DNA from: an uncultured bacterium
Lineage (GTDB): Bacteria > Planctomycetota > UBA1135 > GCA-002686595
Reading direction: 5' to 3'
Assembly (NCBI GenBank): GCA_943787795.1
Contig: CALSNU010000002.1
Span: forward strand, 608,001-672,000
DNA length: 64,000 nucleotides
In this document: positions 59,701 to 64,000 of the stretch, in pieces
Layout of the letters: every line of letters begins with the position of its first letter
Position numbering within the stretch: the stretch's first letter is position 1
Program-made: the position numbers and the translations under genes
Notes under the pieces: generated by a model
What the model was told of the DNA's origin: nothing
Databases searched by the model: none
What the model saw: only the letters and a program-made list of their open reading frames with translations

Positions 59701-62700
59701 CCATTCCCGTTGCAATCCTGCTCGGCGCCGCTAGCGATCTCGCACTCGTCCGGGATGCCGTTGGCGTTGCAGTCTTCCGAGGTCCCCGAGGCGATGTCGC
59801 ACTCGTCGGGGATGGAGTTTCCGTTGCAGTCCAGGGAGGTGCCAGCGGCAAGGTCGCACTCATCGAGGACTCCGTTCCCGTTGCAATCGCTCGCGGTCCC
59901 GGCCGCGAGCTCGCAGCTATCGAGGATGCCGTTCCCGTTGCAGTCTTGCTCGGCGCCGCTGGCGATCTCGCACTCGTCCGGGATGCCGTTGGCGTTGCAG
60001 TCCGCAGAGGAGCCGGCGGCGATGTCGCACTCGTCGGGGATGGAGTTTCCGTTGCAGTCCAGGGAGGTGCCAGCGGTCAGGTCGCACTCGTCGAGGACTC
60101 CGTTCCCGTTGCAATCGCTCGCGGTCCCGGCCGCGAGCTCGCAGCTGTCGAGCACGCCATTCCCGTTGCAGTCCTGCTCGGCGCCGCTAGCGATCTCGCA
60201 CTCGTCCGGGATGCCGTTGGCGTTGCAGTCCGCCGAGGAGCCGGCGGCGATGTCGCACTCGTCGGGGATCGAGTTTCCGTTGCAGTCCAGGGAGGTGCCA
60301 GCGGCAAGGTCGCACTCGTCGAGGACGCCGTTCCCGTTGCAATCGCTCGCGGTCCCGGCCGCGAGCTCGCAGCTGTCGAGCACGCCATTCCCGTTGCAGT
60401 CCTGCTCGGCGCCGCTAGCGATCTCGCACTCGTCCGGGATGCCGTTGGCGTTGCAGTCCGCCGAGGAGCCGGCGGCGATGTCGCACTCGTCGGGGATGGA
60501 GTTTCCGTTGCAGTCCAGGGAGGTGCCAGCGGCAAGGTCGCACTCGTCGAGGACTCCGTTCCCGTTGCAATCGCTCGCGGTCCCGGCCGCGAGCTCGCAG
60601 CTATCGAGGATGCCGTTCCCGTTGCAGTCTTGCTCGGCGCCGCTGGCGATCTCGCACTCGTCCGGGACGGTGTTCCCGTTGCAGTCCAGCGAGGTGCCAG
60701 CGCTCAGGTCGCACTGGTCGAGGACGCCGTTACCGTTGCAGTCTTGCTCGGTGCCGCTGGCGATCTCGCACTCGTCAGGAACGGCGTTTCCGTTGCAGTC
60801 CAGCGAGGTGCCAGCGGTCAGGTCGCACTCGTCGAGGACGCCGTTGCCGTTGCAGTCGCTCGCGGTCCCGGCCGCGAGCTCGCAGCTGTCGAGGACGCCA
60901 TTCCCGTTGCAGTCCTGCTCGGCGCCGCTGGCGATCTCGCACTCGTCGGGATCGCGTTTCCGTTGCAGTCCAGGGAGGTGCCAGCGGTCAGGTCGCACTC
61001 GTCGAGGACGCCGTTCCCGTTGCAATCACTCGCGGTCCCCGCCGCGAGCTCGCAGCTGTCGAGCACGCCATTCCCGTTGCAGTCCTGCTCGGCGCCGCTG
61101 GCGATCTCGCACTCGTCAGGAACGGCGTTCCCGTTGCAGTCCAGGGAGGTTCCAGCGGCCAGGTCGCACTCGTCGAGGACTCCGTTCCCGTTGCAATCGA
61201 GAGCCGTGCCTGCGGTGAGCTCGCAGCTATCGAGGACGCCGTTCCCGTTGCAGTCTTGCTCGGCGCCGCTGGCGATCTCGCACTCATCCGGGATGCCGTT
61301 GGCGTTGCAGTCCGCCGAGGAGCTGGCGGCGATGTCGCACTCGTCGGGGATGGAGTTCCCGTTGCAGTCCAGGGAGGTGCCAGCGGCAAGGTCGCACTCG
61401 TCGAGGACGCCGTTCCCGTTGCAATCGCTCGCGGTCCCGGCCGCGAGCTCGCAGCTGTCCAGCACGCCATTCCCGTTGCAGTCCTGCTCAGCTCCGCTGG
61501 CGATCTCGCACTCGTCCGGAATGGCGTTTCCGTTGCAGTCCAGGGAGGTTCCAGCGGCCAGGTCGCACTCGTCGAGGGCTCCGTTCCCGTTGCAGTCGAG
61601 AGCCGTGCCTGCGGTGAGCTCGCAGCTGTCGAGGATGCCGTTCCCGTTGCAGTCCTGCTCGGCGCCGCTGGTGATCTCACACTCGTCAGGGATGCCGTTG
61701 GCGTTGCAGTCGGCCGACAGGCCCGACGAGATATCGCACTCATCGGGTATGGCGTTCCGGTTGCAGTCCTCGGAGGTGCCAGCGCTCAGGTCACACTCGT
61801 CGAGGACCCCGTTGCCGTTGCAGTCGCTCGCGGTCCCCGCCGTGAGCTCGCAGCTGTCGAGTACGCCGTCCCCGTTGCAGTCCGGTTCTGCGCCGCTGGC
61901 GATCTCGCACTCGTCCGGGGTGCCGTTCGCGTTGCAATCGGCTGAGGAGCCCGACGAGATATCGCACTCGTCGGGGATGGAGTTCCCGTTGCAGTCCTCG
62001 GACGATCCAGCAGCGAGGTCGCACTCATCGAGGACGCCGTTGCCGTTGCAGTCCAAGGCCGTTCCGGCGGCGAGCTCGCAGCTGTCGAGGATCCCATTCC
62101 CGTTGCAGTCCGGCTCGGATCCGCTGGCGATCTCACACTCGTCGGGGACCGAGTCTCCATTGCAGTCCAGGGAGGATCCGTTCCGAATATCGCACTCATC
62201 GAGCACACCGTTCCCGTTGCAGTCGAAGGCGGTTCCAGCGGCGAGCTCGCAGCTGTCAAGCACGCCGTTCGCGTTGCAGTCCTGCTCCGAGCCGCTGGCG
62301 ATCTCGCACTCGTCGGGGATGCCGTTGGCGTTGCAGTCCGCCGAGGAACCCGACGAGATGTCGCATTCATCGGGGATGGAGTTTCCGTTGCAGTCCTCGG
62401 AGGACCCAGCAGCGAGGTCGCACTCATCGAGGACGCCGTTGCCGTTGCAGTCGAAGGCCGTCCCCGCGGCCAGCTCGCAGCTGTCGAGGACCCCGTTCCC
62501 GTTGCAGTCCGGCTCGGATCCGCTGGTGATCTCGCACTCGTCGGGGACGCCGTTGGCGTTGCAGTCGGCCGAGGAGCCAGACGAGATATCGCACTCATCG
62601 GGGATCGAGTTCCCGTTGCAGTCCCTCACGGAGCCCCCCGCGAGCTCACAGCTGTCTAGAACGCCGTTGCCGTTGCAGTCCTGCTCGGCGCCGCTGGCGA

Positions 62701-64000
62701 TCTCGCACTCGTCGGGGATGGAGTTCCCGTTGCAGTCGCTGGAGGACCCGGCGGCCAGATCGCAAGCGTCCGGAACGCCGTTGCCGTTGCAGTCGACCGA
62801 TGTCCCGGCTGCGATGTCGCAGCTGTCCGGGATGCCGTTGCCGTTGCAGTCTTGCTTGGAGCCGTTCGCCAGTTCACAGCTGTCGGGGACGCCGTTGCCA
62901 TTGCAGTCCACCTCGAACCCCTGCGCGATCTCGCAGCTGTCGGGGAAGCCGTTCCCGTTGCAGTCTTGCGCGCTGCCGTTGGCCAGATCGCAGTCGTCGG
63001 GGATCCCGTTCCCGTTGCAGTCTCGGGAGAAGCCGGAGGCGATGTCGCATTCATCCAGGATGCCGTTCAGATTGCAATCAGTGGCCGCGCCGCTGAAGAC
63101 CTCGCACCGATCCGGGACCCCGTTCGCGTTGCAGTCCACCTCGGACCCGTTCGCGAGCTCACAGCTGTCCAGTTGTCCGTCGCCGTCGCAATCGAACTCG
63201 GTCCCCGCGGCGATCTCGCAGCGGTCGAGGATGCCGTTGCCGTTGCAGTCGAAGGCGGTGCCCGCGGCGAGCTCGCAGCTATCGAGGACTCCGTTGCCGT
63301 CGCAGTCGGTCTCGAAGCCGGCGTTCACTTCGCAGATGTCCACAAATCCGTTGCCGTTGCAGTCTGCGGCGGCGCCGGATGCGAGCTCGCAGCTGTCCGG
63401 GACGCCGTTGCTGTCACAGTCCCTCAGGAGGCCGGAGGCGATGTCGCATTCGTCGGGGATGTTGTTGCCGTTGCAGTCGAGCGCGGCCCCAGAAGCCAGC
63501 TCGCAGCTATCGGGGACGTCGTTCTTGTTGCAGTCCTCCTCCAGGCCCGCGTTGATCTCGACGATATCGTTGATCCCGTTGCCGTTGCAGTCGGGGAACG
63601 GCGTGAGGTTCTCGAACCAGCTCACCGTGTCATCGCCCAACGAGGCCACGATCACGTCCGGGTCGAGGTCCCCGTCGAAGTCACCGATCCCGAGGCCCAC
63701 AGGGAAGTCCTGCGCCGTTGAGATGATCTGTTGAGGGCCGAAGGACCCTGCTCCATTGCCCTGGTACCAGGCGACCTTGTCGTCCAGAGCCGAGACGGAT
63801 ATCACGTCCAGGGAGCCGTCCGCGTCGACGTCCGCGGCCTCGACCGACTCGACGAGGTCCGCGTTCAAGGTGATGATCTGCTGGGGTCCAAATTGACCCG
63901 CTGTGTTCGAGTACCAGGCCACCTTGTCGTCTCCAAGGGACGCGGAGATCACGTCGAGGTCACCGTCGCCGTCGAGGTCGGCAGTACGCACTGCCTCCGG
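56740..64000 (-). CDS. Giant secreted FG-GAP + Cys/Asp-rich DCNGNG repeat protein with conserved CTD; 5' end outside the window; two apparent 1-nt deletions (about 60948 and 59463)
   Basis: Three ORF segments (63991-60818, 61025-59109, 59358-56740) join into one repeat phase; frame open at 64000. Confidence 0.85.
58429..63592 (-). repeat. Coding tandem array of about 90 57-bp (19-aa) units with 228-bp higher-order periodicity
   Basis: Unit consensus DCNGNG(I/V)(P/L)D(E/S)C(E/D)(I/L)xxGxxx; the ttggcgttgcagtc landmark recurs at 59761, 59989, 60217 and 60445. Confidence 0.95.

Noticed and set aside
58429..63592. Possible CRISPR array or non-coding satellite
   Set aside because: The period is 57 bp (19 codons), variation is mostly synonymous, there are no unique spacers and no cas genes.
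58010..63734. Very long plus-strand ORFs (1618, 746 and 574 aa)
   Set aside because: Antisense shadows of the repeat gene. They switch frame at the same indels and have no independent protein features.

Overview
This is a high-GC bacterial window. It is very likely Planctomycetota, judging by the DUF1549/DUF1553 cytochrome c gene paired with DUF1501, a TIGR03067 protein, an ASPIC/UnbV protein, an ECF sigma-Ser/Thr kinase pair and PQQ-like propellers. A shared C-terminal PNSTG...FQAWxRD...SNxT domain suggests the OM190-like lineage (inference). It holds about 48 CDS and two divergent tRNAs (Cys-GCA, Leu-TAA). The genes include sugar-acid catabolic enzymes, a more AT-rich GtrA/GT2/WecE/GNAT glycosylation cassette, a gamma-carboxylase-like HTTM protein and a SorT/SorU-type sulfite dehydrogenase. 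A gene longer than 7.2 kb encodes a giant protein with about 90 tandem Cys/Asp-rich 19-aa repeats. The most notable signal is at 12618-11317 (minus strand): two adjacent ORFs share one frame and are separated by a single TGA in the context W-[TGA]-C. A bacterial SECIS-like hairpin follows immediately. This is a candidate secreted FG-GAP propeller selenoprotein with a vicinal Sec-Cys motif, and a cytochrome P460-family lipoprotein gene starts 1 nt after its stop. Five single-base indels break otherwise intact genes, which suggests long-read consensus errors. All calls come from motif recognition by eye; no searches were run.
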